Part shown: positions 19,982 through 29,845 of the stretch, piece after piece
Numbering within the stretch: the stretch's first letter is position 1
How the letters are laid out: each line of letters begins with the position of its first letter
Assembly: GCA_040326155.1 (NCBI GenBank)
Contig: JBEQLE010000009.1
Span: 12,399 to 76,398, forward strand
Length of the DNA: 64,000 nucleotides
DNA from: Leptospirales bacterium
GTDB taxonomy: Bacteria; Spirochaetota; Leptospiria; Turneriellales; JAOUFE01
Reading direction: 5' to 3'
The notes under the pieces: generated by a model
Databases searched by the model: none
What the model was told of the DNA's origin: nothing
What the model saw: the letters and a program-made list of their open reading frames with translations, nothing else
Translations under genes and position numbers: made by a program

Positions 19982-21235
19982 TTATACGTATCGTAAGGCG
20001 TCAATAATTCTGGTCTTGGAACCTTTCACGGCAGGTAAAATCGAAGCCAGCAATGCAGTCACCACATTTACAGTAAGCGCTTGCACCAAGACTATATTTG
20101 TCCTCGTGAATACGATCGGGGTTGGTTTATCTTGTCCCGGCCCCGGAGGAAGACTCAAGTCCATAGAGTTTATCCATGGCATTAAAATTAAAGCAATCAT
20201 TATACCCAGCCCCGCCCCGATCAGCCCAGTTAAAAAACCTTCGGCGACAAAGTTTCGAATGACTTCACCACGACTTGCCCCCATTGCGCGCAGTGTACCG
20301 ATTTCCCGAAATCGCTCATGGATAGACATATACATAGTATTTTGAATATTGAAAATGATTACCAGAAAAACTATAAATCCGACAACGACAATCATTCCCC
20401 GAAACATTCCAACTACTTGTTTTAAGAAAACAGCTAAAGTCTCCCAGTCTCTAATTTCAAGGTTCAGCCTGTTTTTATCGATATAAGATTGCATCGCCGC
20501 CATTGTTTCCGGAAGTTTTTCGTGATCGTTTAAAAATACAAGCAAGCGGTGTGCTCTCTCTTCCAGTATCAGCATCCAGGCCGATTCAATCGGCATATAA
20601 ATAATAACTTTCTCCTGTTCGGGCATCAGGGCGTCGTATATACCTCGGACTGTTACCCAGATAGCCTCTTGAGACCCAAAAGATGTACTCACAAAAGCAA
20701 TGAGGGGATCGCCAACACCTACTTTTAATTTTTTAGCCATGGCTTCCCCAATAACAATTCCGGTAGGGTCAGATGAAGATAGGGGACTTCCTTCCACAAT
20801 GGTCGGTGACATTAGACCTTCTACCGTTGGGTCTCCCGCAATGGCAGAAAAAATAGCAGAGTTCGATTGGGTTCCAATAATACCAACAAGGTGCAACCGA
20901 GTATTTACAAAATCAACACTTTTGAATTCAAGAGCAAACGATTTTAATTGGTCCAGGGTTTCTTTACTCATCATATGTTCAGGTGAGTTTTCATCGGCAT
21001 CAAAATAACCTTTTTCGGCAATTTGAAAATGGCCATATTGATTATTTATAGCGTCATTTTTTAAACCAAGATGCATAGAATTCACATAACTGCTTAAAAG
21101 AACAAGCATCAGGGTTCCAATGCTAATACCCGACATGGTCATAATGGTTCTGCGCCGATTGCGTGTAATGTTTTTTAGAGCCAATTTAAAAAACTGATAA
21201 ATATTATAGCTCAAAGAATAGATTATTGTTTTCAT
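19982..21235 (-). CDS. ABC transporter permease, LolC/E-FtsX-MacB type
   Basis: LALKNITRNRRRT and ERFREIGTLRAMG motifs; 4 TM helices plus a large periplasmic domain. Confidence 0.9.
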   Translation of the reverse strand: MKTIIYSLSYNIYQFFKLALKNITRNRRRTIMTMSGISIGTLMLVLLSSYVNSMHLGLKNDAINNQYGHFQIAEKGYFDADENSPEHMMSKETLDQLKSFALEFKSVDFVNTRLHLVGIIGTQSNSAIFSAIAGDPTVEGLMSPTIVEGSPLSSSDPTGIVIGEAMAKKLKVGVGDPLIAFVSTSFGSQEAIWVTVRGIYDALMPEQEKVIIYMPIESAWMLILEERAHRLLVFLNDHEKLPETMAAMQSYIDKNRLNLEIRDWETLAVFLKQVVGMFRGMIVVVGFIVFLVIIFNIQNTMYMSIHERFREIGTLRAMGASRGEVIRNFVAEGFLTGLIGAGLGIMIALILMPWINSMDLSLPPGPGQDKPTPIVFTRTNIVLVQALTVNVVTALLASILPAVKGSKTRIIDALRYV

Positions 21236-21939
21236 TGGTTTTTACCTTGTTTACCTTGTTTGGTTTTTTTGTCGATAATTTTTCCATCTTTTAATATTAT
21301 TGTCCGGTGAGACAAAGATATAACTTCCGGATCATGGCTGGCTAATACAAACGTGACTTTTTTTTCCTTGTTCATTTTTTCCATATATTTTAAAATGGAA
21401 GCTCCCGTTTTGGAGTCGAGATTTGCCGTAGGTTCATCTGCCAATATAATAGAAGGGTTTTTTGCAAAAGCCCGGGCGATGGAAACTCGTTGTTGTTGCC
21501 CACCGGAGATCTCATTTGGATAACGTTTCGCAAAATCGAGCAGTTCGACTTCTTCAAGCGCAGTCATCACCATGTTGCGGCGTTCTATTATATTCGGGAC
21601 AGTTTTTAAAATAGGATATTCTATATTTTCATACACTGTCAAAGTTGGTATAAGGTTAAAATTCTGGAAAATAAAGCCAAGATAATTTCTTCTGAGTCGG
21701 GTCAGCTCTTTCTCTTTTTTGTGTTCAATCTCTATGGAGTCGAGAATCAACTTGCCTTCGGTTGGTTCATCTATTAAACCAATAATATTCAGAAGTGTGG
21801 TTTTTCCACTTCCGGAGGCCCCGGCAATAACTGTAAATTCGCCTTTTTTTATTTCAAGCGAAATATTTTGCAGGGCTATCGCCGGAACCTTCCCAGGATA
21901 GTAAGTTTTCGAAACATTTTGTAGTTCAATCATATTCAT
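21232..21939 (-). CDS. ABC transporter ATP-binding protein, LolD-like
   Basis: GASGSGKT, ISGGQQQRV, ILADEPTANLD. Confidence 0.93.
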   Translation of the reverse strand: MNMIELQNVSKTYYPGKVPAIALQNISLEIKKGEFTVIAGASGSGKTTLLNIIGLIDEPTEGKLILDSIEIEHKKEKELTRLRRNYLGFIFQNFNLIPTLTVYENIEYPILKTVPNIIERRNMVMTALEEVELLDFAKRYPNEISGGQQQRVSIARAFAKNPSIILADEPTANLDSKTGASILKYMEKMNKEKKVTFVLASHDPEVISLSHRTIILKDGKIIDKKTKQGKQGKNQ

Positions 21940-21957
21940 TGTTTGGCTTCTTTATTT

Positions 21958-22743
21958 TTATTTTTTGCTTCTATCTAGTTTTTTTTCTACATCCTGATAT
22001 AATTTAAGGGCATGCGAATGCAATAAAGCCGTGTCTATAAGTATCATTTGCTTTTCTACTTCGATCCAATTTTTTTCTTCTACATCCAGCATAGCCTGGG
22101 CCAGGTAGACTTCCATTAACCCATTTTTAAAATATGGATTTTCTTTTACATCAATTGGTAACTTTGAATAACCTTCGATGTATACTTTAATATCTGCTCG
22201 GTGAATAATATCAGGGCGTCCCGTGGCGGAATTCAGATTCATATTAATTCGAATTCGGCCAAGACGCGCTTCGAGGTTGTCAGGGTATCGGTCGACAACC
22301 AAACTATAAAGATTACGTGATCTAAAAATATATTCTATAAGCGTTTGAATATTCAATTCAGGATTCGCTCCCTGGCTGGCATATGCATTTGCCATCAATA
22401 TTTGAATTCTGGGATTGGTAAAATCTTTTTTCCATAGAATTTTATAAACAACAAAAGCCTTTCCAATATATTCAGCAGCGGTTTTGTTTCCAGGCGGCAA
22501 AAGAGCTCCCCGGATATAATAAAAGTTTGCATAATAAAGTAGTGTTTGAGTATCTTTAGGATTCACTTTTTTCGCTTTATCTGCCTGCGCCTCGGATGTA
22601 AAATTGGTTTTGTAAAGGTCTTTAAAATAGGGCTTACTTTCGGCGGCGCTCGCCGCATATTTACTTGTTGAAAAATTTACCAAAAAGAGAATGGTTACCA
22701 GGATGGTCATCACTTTGCTTTTATTCACTGTTCTGTATTTCAT
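21958..22743 (-). CDS. Secreted helical-repeat (TPR-like) protein
   Basis: Signal peptide ending AASAA; alpha-helical repeat patterns (YPDNLEARLGR); start uncertain (22761, 22743 or 22710). Confidence 0.6.
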   Translation of the reverse strand: MKYRTVNKSKVMTILVTILFLVNFSTSKYAASAAESKPYFKDLYKTNFTSEAQADKAKKVNPKDTQTLLYYANFYYIRGALLPPGNKTAAEYIGKAFVVYKILWKKDFTNPRIQILMANAYASQGANPELNIQTLIEYIFRSRNLYSLVVDRYPDNLEARLGRIRINMNLNSATGRPDIIHRADIKVYIEGYSKLPIDVKENPYFKNGLMEVYLAQAMLDVEEKNWIEVEKQMILIDTALLHSHALKLYQDVEKKLDRSKK

Positions 22744-22810
22744 AGAGTTAGCATAGGCCAATTTTTTTGGAATGTAAATAGTACAAGTGACCTTTTGTTG
22801 AAAAAAACAT

Positions 22811-22828
22811 GTAGTACTTTTATACTAC
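22811..22828. promoter_or_regulatory. Candidate NarL/LuxR-type operator
   Basis: GTAGTA-N6-TACTAC inverted repeat upstream of the operon, with another TAGTAC half-site near 22779. Confidence 0.4.
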
Positions 22829-22944
22829 GATGATAAAATATCGTATATTCCAATGTATAACACCATACAACTCGAGTTCACGAAAAACGTCTGGTTTCAA
22901 TTTAAGAAAACAATATTTTAAGGATTAAAGCAGTTCAGGGCTTT

Positions 22945-23859
22945 TTATTTTGAAGCAGTATTATTGATAAGGTTTTGCAATTTCCCACGCGAGGATATTT
23001 CGGTTTTTTCAAAGATATTTGAGATGTGGTTTCGAACCGTGCTTGGCGATAAAAACAGTTTTGATGCAATTTCTTTATTGCTCAACCCTAGTTGAATCAT
23101 TTCGATAATCTCTTGTTCACGATTCGTAATTTTGTAATCCAATATAAAGGTTCGTGTTAAAGTATTTGTATCATTTTTATAAAGCGAATTCGCTTTAAAT
23201 AAAACTATTATGGTTGCTATGTTTGTGAGAAGATAGGTCAGTGGTTGGGCCATAATCCCTTTCGGGTATTGGCTGGATTGAATCTGATTCATTTGCATTA
23301 TTCCTTCCAGTATTACTATGGGCAAATAAAATAGTGGGAAAATAAACATTACTTTTGCAATGTACTTAAACAAAAGGTCATCGATGTATCGGTATTTTGT
23401 GCCCAGCACAATGTAATATGAAATTTGAGATAAAAACCATATGCCCATACTGATTGTACCGGTTACCGGGTTTATAAATTTTAATAAAACCAGTGTCGCC
23501 ATAGCCGAAGGGATAACAGCGAAGAAAAGAACGCTATATTTTATTGTTTTTGTCCAATCAACTCCGGCGACAAATAAAAACGTACGCCCCTGGTAATAGA
23601 TCATGGGTCCAATGAAATAAAGACTTAGAATTGTGTTGGCTATTATAGCATTAAAAAAATCGGAGTAAAGATCAGTATTGATAAACCCATAGAGTGAAAT
23701 GGAATGCAAAGTCATATAAAATGAAAACGCAATCTGTTGAATTAGTGCAAAGCGCAGAAGTGGATGTCTATATCTGGCATTTAAATATATCAATAATCCG
23801 ACAAAGCCAAACCCGACTATAATAGCAAATAGAAAGAATAAAAGAGGCAAATGTTGCAC
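22945..23859 (-). CDS. One-component regulator: multi-TM sensor fused to a LuxR HTH
   Basis: About 7 hydrophobic segments followed by ITNREQEI...GLSNKEIASKLFLSPSTVRNHISNIFEK. Confidence 0.9.
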   Translation of the reverse strand: MQHLPLLFFLFAIIVGFGFVGLLIYLNARYRHPLLRFALIQQIAFSFYMTLHSISLYGFINTDLYSDFFNAIIANTILSLYFIGPMIYYQGRTFLFVAGVDWTKTIKYSVLFFAVIPSAMATLVLLKFINPVTGTISMGIWFLSQISYYIVLGTKYRYIDDLLFKYIAKVMFIFPLFYLPIVILEGIMQMNQIQSSQYPKGIMAQPLTYLLTNIATIIVLFKANSLYKNDTNTLTRTFILDYKITNREQEIIEMIQLGLSNKEIASKLFLSPSTVRNHISNIFEKTEISSRGKLQNLINNTASK

Positions 23860-24080
23860 ATGTCTACATGTTAACTATGAGGTATACTTTCAACATATAT
23901 TATTGATTAGGAATTCTCACTTAAAAGAGCCATGCTTTATATAATAGCCAGTTTCTTTATTCTAAATATAGATTTACAATCAATGTGTGCATCTTATTTG
24001 TGTTGTATCGATTTGTTTAATGATCAGGGCAAAACTCGACTACCTGGTCTACCTTCGAACAATATATTCGATACAGTATA

Positions 24081-24935
24081 ATGATTCTACAAGCTGAAAA
24101 ACCGAAAAAAAGCGACATAACGTCGCCTAAACTTATTGCCGTAAAACCTTTTTTAAAGTGGGCGGGTGGAAAATCGCAGCTATTATCACGGTTAGAGCAA
24201 TTTATTCCAGAAAAATACAATAAGTATATAGAACCTTTTGTTGGCGGTGGAGCTTTGTTTTTCCGTATGCAGCCCGAAAGAGCGGTACTCGCCGATTCCA
24301 ATGAAGAATTGATTATTACTTATAAACAGATTCAAAAAAATTTACCAAAAATCTTAATGGCGCTACAAAATTTTAAAAATGAAGAAGAGTTTTATTATAC
24401 AACCAGGGCTGTGGACCCAAGTAAACTTTCCTTAATTGAAAGGGCCGCTAGATTGCTCTATTTAAATAAAACCTGTTATAACGGACTTTACAGGGTTAAC
24501 AAGAAAGGACAATTCAATGTTCCATACGGAAAAACTTCAGGAAATTTTTCCAACCGTGAGGTTCTAAATAATGCCAGGAAGGTTTTACACGGCGTTAAAA
24601 TTGAACATGGCCCTTACGATAAAACTTTAGCAAAACATGCGGAGCCCGGTGATTTTATTTTTCTCGATCCACCGTATTACCCGGTCGGCCCGTCATCTGA
24701 TTTTAAAAGGTACACAAAAGATTTTTTCTATGAAAAAGATCATGTTCTGCTGAAAAACGAATTTGACAGACTTGTCGACCTGGGGTGTAAAGTCGTACTT
24801 ACAAATTCGAGTCATCCCTTTATCGTAGACTTGTATAAAAAATACGAAATGCAAATAGTTGCTACAAAAAGGTTAATAAGTTGTAATGCGCAAACCCGCT
24901 CGGGAAAAGACATAATAGTCATTGGCGAAAAATAA
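24081..24935 (+). CDS. Dam-like (D12 class) DNA adenine methyltransferase, M1
   Basis: KWAGGK, EPFVGGG, YNGLYRVN and DPPY motifs. Confidence 0.93.
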   Translation: MILQAEKPKKSDITSPKLIAVKPFLKWAGGKSQLLSRLEQFIPEKYNKYIEPFVGGGALFFRMQPERAVLADSNEELIITYKQIQKNLPKILMALQNFKNEEEFYYTTRAVDPSKLSLIERAARLLYLNKTCYNGLYRVNKKGQFNVPYGKTSGNFSNREVLNNARKVLHGVKIEHGPYDKTLAKHAEPGDFIFLDPPYYPVGPSSDFKRYTKDFFYEKDHVLLKNEFDRLVDLGCKVVLTNSSHPFIVDLYKKYEMQIVATKRLISCNAQTRSGKDIIVIGEK

Positions 24936-24937
24936 TA

Positions 24938-25981
24938 ATGAAACAAGTTTCAATTCCCATGGAAGATCAATTTAAATATTTTCCCGGTTCTCGCTACATG
25001 GGAAGTAAAACAAAAATTGTAGGTGAAATTGGTCGCGCTCTTGACAAGATAAATTTTGAGACTTTTTATGATGCTTTTGCAGGCAGCAACGTTGTAGCCT
25101 ATTATATGAAATGTAAAGGAAAGCAGGTTTTTACAAATGATTTTATGAGTATGAGCTATAGCCAGTCAAAAGCGTTAGTAGAAAACTCCAATATACTTCT
25201 TGAATCAAATGATATTAAGTTTTTAATAACAAACCAGAATGATTACTCTTTTATTACAAACAATTTTCATGGCTTATATTTTAGTAAAGAAGAAAACAGA
25301 TTTCTTGAAAACACAAGAGCAAATATTGATTTGCTTGATTCGGAATATAAAAAGTCCATTGCGTTGGCCGCTCTTGCCAGAGCCTGTATTAAAAAAAGAC
25401 CGAGAGGTATTTTTACTTATGTCGGAGACAGATATAATGATGGCCGCAAGGATCTAAAAAAAACAATGGAGACACACTTTAAAGAAAATATAGACTTGTT
25501 TAATGCGGCTGTCTTTGACAACGGCAAAAAACATGTCGCTTATAATCAAAGAACCGAAGAGTTGAAAGTTAGAGCTGATGTTGTTTATTTAGACCCCCCT
25601 TATTATACATTGAATTCAGACAATGATTATGTTCGTCGTTATCACTTTGTAGAAGGGTTGATAAATAAATGGGAAAATGTTGAAATACAAAAGCATACAA
25701 AAACAAAAAAGTTTAAAAGTTATACGTCATCCTTTTCGGTAAAAGTAGATGCATATAATGCTTTTGAAAAATTAATCGATTGTTATCGCGAATCTATTAT
25801 ATTGATATCTTACTCTTCAAATTCGCTGCCAACCAGAGATGAATTAGTTGACTTATTAAAAAACTTTAAGACAACCGTTGAGGTCACAGAAATTAATCAT
25901 ACTTATTCATTTGGTAACCAAAACCATAAAACAGGGAACGTGAACAACCGGGTAAAAGAGTATCTGTTTCTGGCATATTAG
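24938..25981 (+). CDS. Second D12-class DNA adenine methyltransferase, M2
   Basis: RYMGSK, DAFAGS and YLDPPY motifs. Confidence 0.9.
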   Translation: MKQVSIPMEDQFKYFPGSRYMGSKTKIVGEIGRALDKINFETFYDAFAGSNVVAYYMKCKGKQVFTNDFMSMSYSQSKALVENSNILLESNDIKFLITNQNDYSFITNNFHGLYFSKEENRFLENTRANIDLLDSEYKKSIALAALARACIKKRPRGIFTYVGDRYNDGRKDLKKTMETHFKENIDLFNAAVFDNGKKHVAYNQRTEELKVRADVVYLDPPYYTLNSDNDYVRRYHFVEGLINKWENVEIQKHTKTKKFKSYTSSFSVKVDAYNAFEKLIDCYRESIILISYSSNSLPTRDELVDLLKNFKTTVEVTEINHTYSFGNQNHKTGNVNNRVKEYLFLAY

Positions 25982-25988
25982 GTACGAT

Positions 25989-27737
25989 ATGGCGCTGGTT
26001 TGGAACATAGGAAATACAACTGTCAGGAATCCGAAACGGATTGAAAAAGCTCTAAAGGTTTTTTTAGACGAGGGTTTTTCAGGTAATGCAAAAGGGAAGA
26101 TCGCTGAAAAAAGGATTCACCGTAAATTAAAAGAAGCTGGTGTTCTCGATTTTGAAGGGGAATCTTCTGACTGGGCTGGTCGAAAGTGGAGAGCCGCTTT
26201 TTATCAACTGGGTTTTATCAGTAAAGAAAATAAACATAATGCGCCTGACATAAAAGAGAATACGAACGAAAATTCTTTGTTTGCTGAGTCTGAGCGCGAA
26301 AATTCAAGACCTTTTGAAATATCCGAATCGGGACTCCGGCTAATTCATGCGACCGGTATTCCAGAAATTGAAGAAATATATACCCGTCAATTTTTGTGCT
26401 ACGAAATACCCAGTACTTTAGAACCAAATTTTCCCCAGGGCAAGATGAAACCTTTTGTTTTATTTTTGCAGGTTTTGCATGCACTTCATTTGCGCAACAT
26501 GTCTGGTTTGACAAAAATTGAAACAGGTCTTTTTTTGCAACTTTTTCAAAACCATACAAACGAATTATATAATACTATTGTAGAAAAAATTCTGATATAT
26601 CGGTCCGATATGGAAGAGTGTAAAAGTACAGCCCAACGCAAAAAAGTAAAAGAACATTATTTGTCTGAGCTAAATAAGAATTATAAAATTAATCCGACTA
26701 CGGTTACGAAAGATTATGCCGACACTACTTTTCGTTATTTCAGTTTGTCGGGTCTGTTTACACGAGAAAACAGTACAATTATTATACGTCCTAATAAACT
26801 TCACCATGTGCAAAAGATACTTGAAAAGGAACCCACCTTTTTATTTCAAAGTTCGAAAGATTATTTTCGCACTTTTTATAGCAATGACTACGCACTGCCA
26901 ATTGATGATAATCAGTTTAACTTGCATGATATTCAAACGATGGTCGCGGCATTGAAAGGCAGCGCCAAAGAGCTGGTTCAAGAAGCAAAGAACGTATCCA
27001 TACAAAGTGATCTTAAAGAGCTAAACAAAGTTCGCTATCGTTTAATTGATTATCATAACCGGGAACGTGAAGAAGATTATGCCGCTCGCCAGGGCGAAGA
27101 CGGGGCCATACAAGAAACAATCGATTATTTGAAAACATTGGCTGGCAAACCGTTTAGCGGTAAATGCGAAATTGACGATAGGCCAGCTTATCTGGAATGG
27201 GCGGTCTGGCGAAGTTTTTTAGCTATTAATAATATTACCTGCCCGGTACATAAAACAAGAAGATTTCCCGTCGATGAAGATTTTCTCCCACGAAACACTG
27301 CTCCCGGCGGGGGCCCAGACCTTATCTTTGAGTTTGAGAATTATTTTTTAGTGGTGGAAGTAACGTTGACAATTTCAAGCAGACAAATGGCCGTCGAAAG
27401 CGAGCCAGTCCGAAGGCATACAGCCAGGTACAAAATAGACAACATCGATAAAGATGTATATTGTCTGTTTGTAGCTCCTGAAATTGATAGTAACACAGCG
27501 GAAACCTTTCGCATCGGGGTCTGGTATGATCATAGTGAAGAAATCTTTTTGAATATTGTTCCCTTTAAAATTACAGAATTTATTGTTGTAATGGAAACCC
27601 TCCTTACAAAGCGATTTAATAATGAAGACTTTAAAAATTTGTTAGACAGGTGTTTAATTTACCGCAATGTTCGCGCACCACAGTGGAAGGAAAATATTGG
27701 AAAGGAAATTGTTAGGTGGAAAAAAAGTGTTACATAA
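25989..27737 (+). CDS. AlwI-family type IIS restriction/nicking endonuclease
   Basis: N-terminal NTTVRNPKR; catalytic region P...APGGGPD...VEVT...RQ...E.EPVRRH. Confidence 0.85.
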   Translation: MALVWNIGNTTVRNPKRIEKALKVFLDEGFSGNAKGKIAEKRIHRKLKEAGVLDFEGESSDWAGRKWRAAFYQLGFISKENKHNAPDIKENTNENSLFAESERENSRPFEISESGLRLIHATGIPEIEEIYTRQFLCYEIPSTLEPNFPQGKMKPFVLFLQVLHALHLRNMSGLTKIETGLFLQLFQNHTNELYNTIVEKILIYRSDMEECKSTAQRKKVKEHYLSELNKNYKINPTTVTKDYADTTFRYFSLSGLFTRENSTIIIRPNKLHHVQKILEKEPTFLFQSSKDYFRTFYSNDYALPIDDNQFNLHDIQTMVAALKGSAKELVQEAKNVSIQSDLKELNKVRYRLIDYHNREREEDYAARQGEDGAIQETIDYLKTLAGKPFSGKCEIDDRPAYLEWAVWRSFLAINNITCPVHKTRRFPVDEDFLPRNTAPGGGPDLIFEFENYFLVVEVTLTISSRQMAVESEPVRRHTARYKIDNIDKDVYCLFVAPEIDSNTAETFRIGVWYDHSEEIFLNIVPFKITEFIVVMETLLTKRFNNEDFKNLLDRCLIYRNVRAPQWKENIGKEIVRWKKSVT

Positions 27738-27778
27738 ATATGTATTGACGCCCACGATTTGCCTGCAAATGTTTCTAT

Positions 27779-28315
27779 ATGTATATTAAACGACTCTCAA
27801 TTCTTCTTGTTATATTTTATTTTGGTGTATCCTGTACATCGACTCAGAATCAGAATAAGGCGACTAGCAACCCAAAAATAAAAAAAGCGCAAACCCAATT
27901 TTTCGATGGAGAAAAACAAAAGCGAGAAGTATTTCGTATTTTTGCTTCTTCAGAAAACTATGCTGTAAAGCAACTTTCTTATGATGGTAAAATAGAAATA
28001 GGTGCCGACCCTGGTGGCGAACGATCTTTTAGCCATGATGTCGGAAAATACGATCTGGTAGACTTGTTTGTTACCGCTGTTTTCAGTGTCGAAGTTTATG
28101 CGGACTCAGGAAAAATATCAAAAATACGCACGATTAGACCGGCAAAGGTAAGCGAGCTTAATAAATTGATGGCTGAGGATATAACCAGATTGCGTTTTGA
28201 ATTTCCCGGCAAACATGTTGAACCAGTAAAATTCTATATCCAGTATGGAGTTTTACTTCAGAAAAAATTGAGTGAAGCGGACCGTAGAAAATTACTTGAA
28301 GAAAACGCTCGGTAA
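27779..28315 (+). CDS. Lipoprotein resembling the Leptospira LA_2219-type (TonB-C-like) family
   Basis: Lipobox FGVSC; C-terminal pattern KISKIR...SELNKLMAEDITRLRFEFP; family recalled, not searched. Confidence 0.55.
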   Translation: MYIKRLSILLVIFYFGVSCTSTQNQNKATSNPKIKKAQTQFFDGEKQKREVFRIFASSENYAVKQLSYDGKIEIGADPGGERSFSHDVGKYDLVDLFVTAVFSVEVYADSGKISKIRTIRPAKVSELNKLMAEDITRLRFEFPGKHVEPVKFYIQYGVLLQKKLSEADRRKLLEENAR

Positions 28316-29845
28316 TTACTGCGGAGCGTAAATTAGTTCTTTCGGCAGTTTATTGAAGGGTAGGTATAAAAAGTCTGTCCCTAAAAATCGGCTATAAAGT
28401 ATATAAAATAAAAAAGAAACTTCTCTTTGCAAAAACGGACGAAGGGCTTTATAATCTCTTGTATGATATGCCTTGACAATAATTGGTATTTGTATAATAT
28501 TTTGTAAGGCCTTTTTTTGATCTTTTACCCAGAGATCTCTGAATGTTTCGACAATTTTTACGTGAATTTCTTTTGAATTGCGTTCTTTAAAAGTACATCT
28601 TTTAAAAATACCGATATCCCACCAATCTTTCAGAGTATATTTAATATATTCGAAAGGCAGCTCTCGGGCCATATTATTTCTACTCATAAAACGGTGAATA
28701 TAACCGGTTTTTCCTTCTCGTAAAAATTGCATAATTATTTTTAGAAAAAATACAGGACCCATATGGTAAAACATCAAGACTTTTTCTTTGTCCGTAAAGT
28801 GTGCAAAATGTAAGATGATGGTTTCATAAGTAAAGTCAAAATGATTGTTCAGGAACTGCATATATTTTTCTTTATTATCCTTGCGAGAAGCGCTTGAAAC
28901 AAAATGACGTATCATATCCTGTCTCAGTGAGATGTTTTCTGCGCTCAGGTGAGTTTCGATATACACTGCCTTTTTTATTTTTTCAAGATCATTTTGAATG
29001 TATTTTTCATTCATCGATAAAGTATATAAATAAGACTGGTTAAAAGGAGAATTTCCCCGGCTGTCTAGAAAATAAGGATCAACAATACATGAGTTGACAT
29101 CTTCTTTTGCTGTGACTTCTATTTTGTCACTTTCTTCTTCGTTTACAGTGACTATAAAATCTTCCAGATCTTTTTGATAAATAGTACCGAGATTGTACGT
29201 CAGCAGAGTGCTGTAATGTTCACGCAAAAAACCTTTGTCGTCAATTTTTGCATCCGGTTCAATTTTTAGAATATATGCCAGCCTGCGTATAAGCAAATCG
29301 GTAATTTCACATAATTCCAACCGGGGGAACACTTTGTATTCTAAAACTTGTTCCATGAATGGGAGAGAAGAAGGGTTTGGTCGAAACGTTTCAATAATTT
29401 TTTTTACATGAGACCAGTTTTCAAATACCCTTTCGTTGAAATGACGTAAATATTCAAATACTTTAATCATCTTAACGAAATTTAATTTCGGGTCGCTTAA
29501 TTCATCGGCACTAAACAAGGCGTGAAATATATGCATAGACTCAGATTCGAGTTCATGTGGTTCAAGGTGAGCCTCAACTTGTGAATACATACGCACAACT
29601 TGCATTAGCTCTCTATCAATATCTTCAATTTTTATACTTACTTGTGCACGAATTTCTTCAGGTACATTGCTTGACGAAAGGTACTGTCTTAACGTGTCCG
29701 CGCTTGTCATATGATTTTCGAGCGGTCGTAAGTAAGACTTATCAAACTCTTTCAGGGCTGGAATAGCCTCTGTTGAGTTTTGTGCGTCTATATTTCCATA
29801 ATCGAATTGTGGAGAATAAACAAATTTTCCGTCAACCTCAGACAT
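28316..29845 (-). CDS. Hypothetical cytoplasmic protein
   Basis: 509-aa ORF, 1-nt overlap with the upstream gene; no motif recognised. Confidence 0.7.
   Translation of the reverse strand: MSEVDGKFVYSPQFDYGNIDAQNSTEAIPALKEFDKSYLRPLENHMTSADTLRQYLSSSNVPEEIRAQVSIKIEDIDRELMQVVRMYSQVEAHLEPHELESESMHIFHALFSADELSDPKLNFVKMIKVFEYLRHFNERVFENWSHVKKIIETFRPNPSSLPFMEQVLEYKVFPRLELCEITDLLIRRLAYILKIEPDAKIDDKGFLREHYSTLLTYNLGTIYQKDLEDFIVTVNEEESDKIEVTAKEDVNSCIVDPYFLDSRGNSPFNQSYLYTLSMNEKYIQNDLEKIKKAVYIETHLSAENISLRQDMIRHFVSSASRKDNKEKYMQFLNNHFDFTYETIILHFAHFTDKEKVLMFYHMGPVFFLKIIMQFLREGKTGYIHRFMSRNNMARELPFEYIKYTLKDWWDIGIFKRCTFKERNSKEIHVKIVETFRDLWVKDQKKALQNIIQIPIIVKAYHTRDYKALRPFLQREVSFLFYILYSRFLGTDFLYLPFNKLPKELIYAPQ

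Noticed and set aside
24081..24935. Orphan housekeeping dam tied to origin control
   Set aside because: It is coupled to a second methyltransferase and a nuclease, and the candidate origin shows no GATC enrichment.
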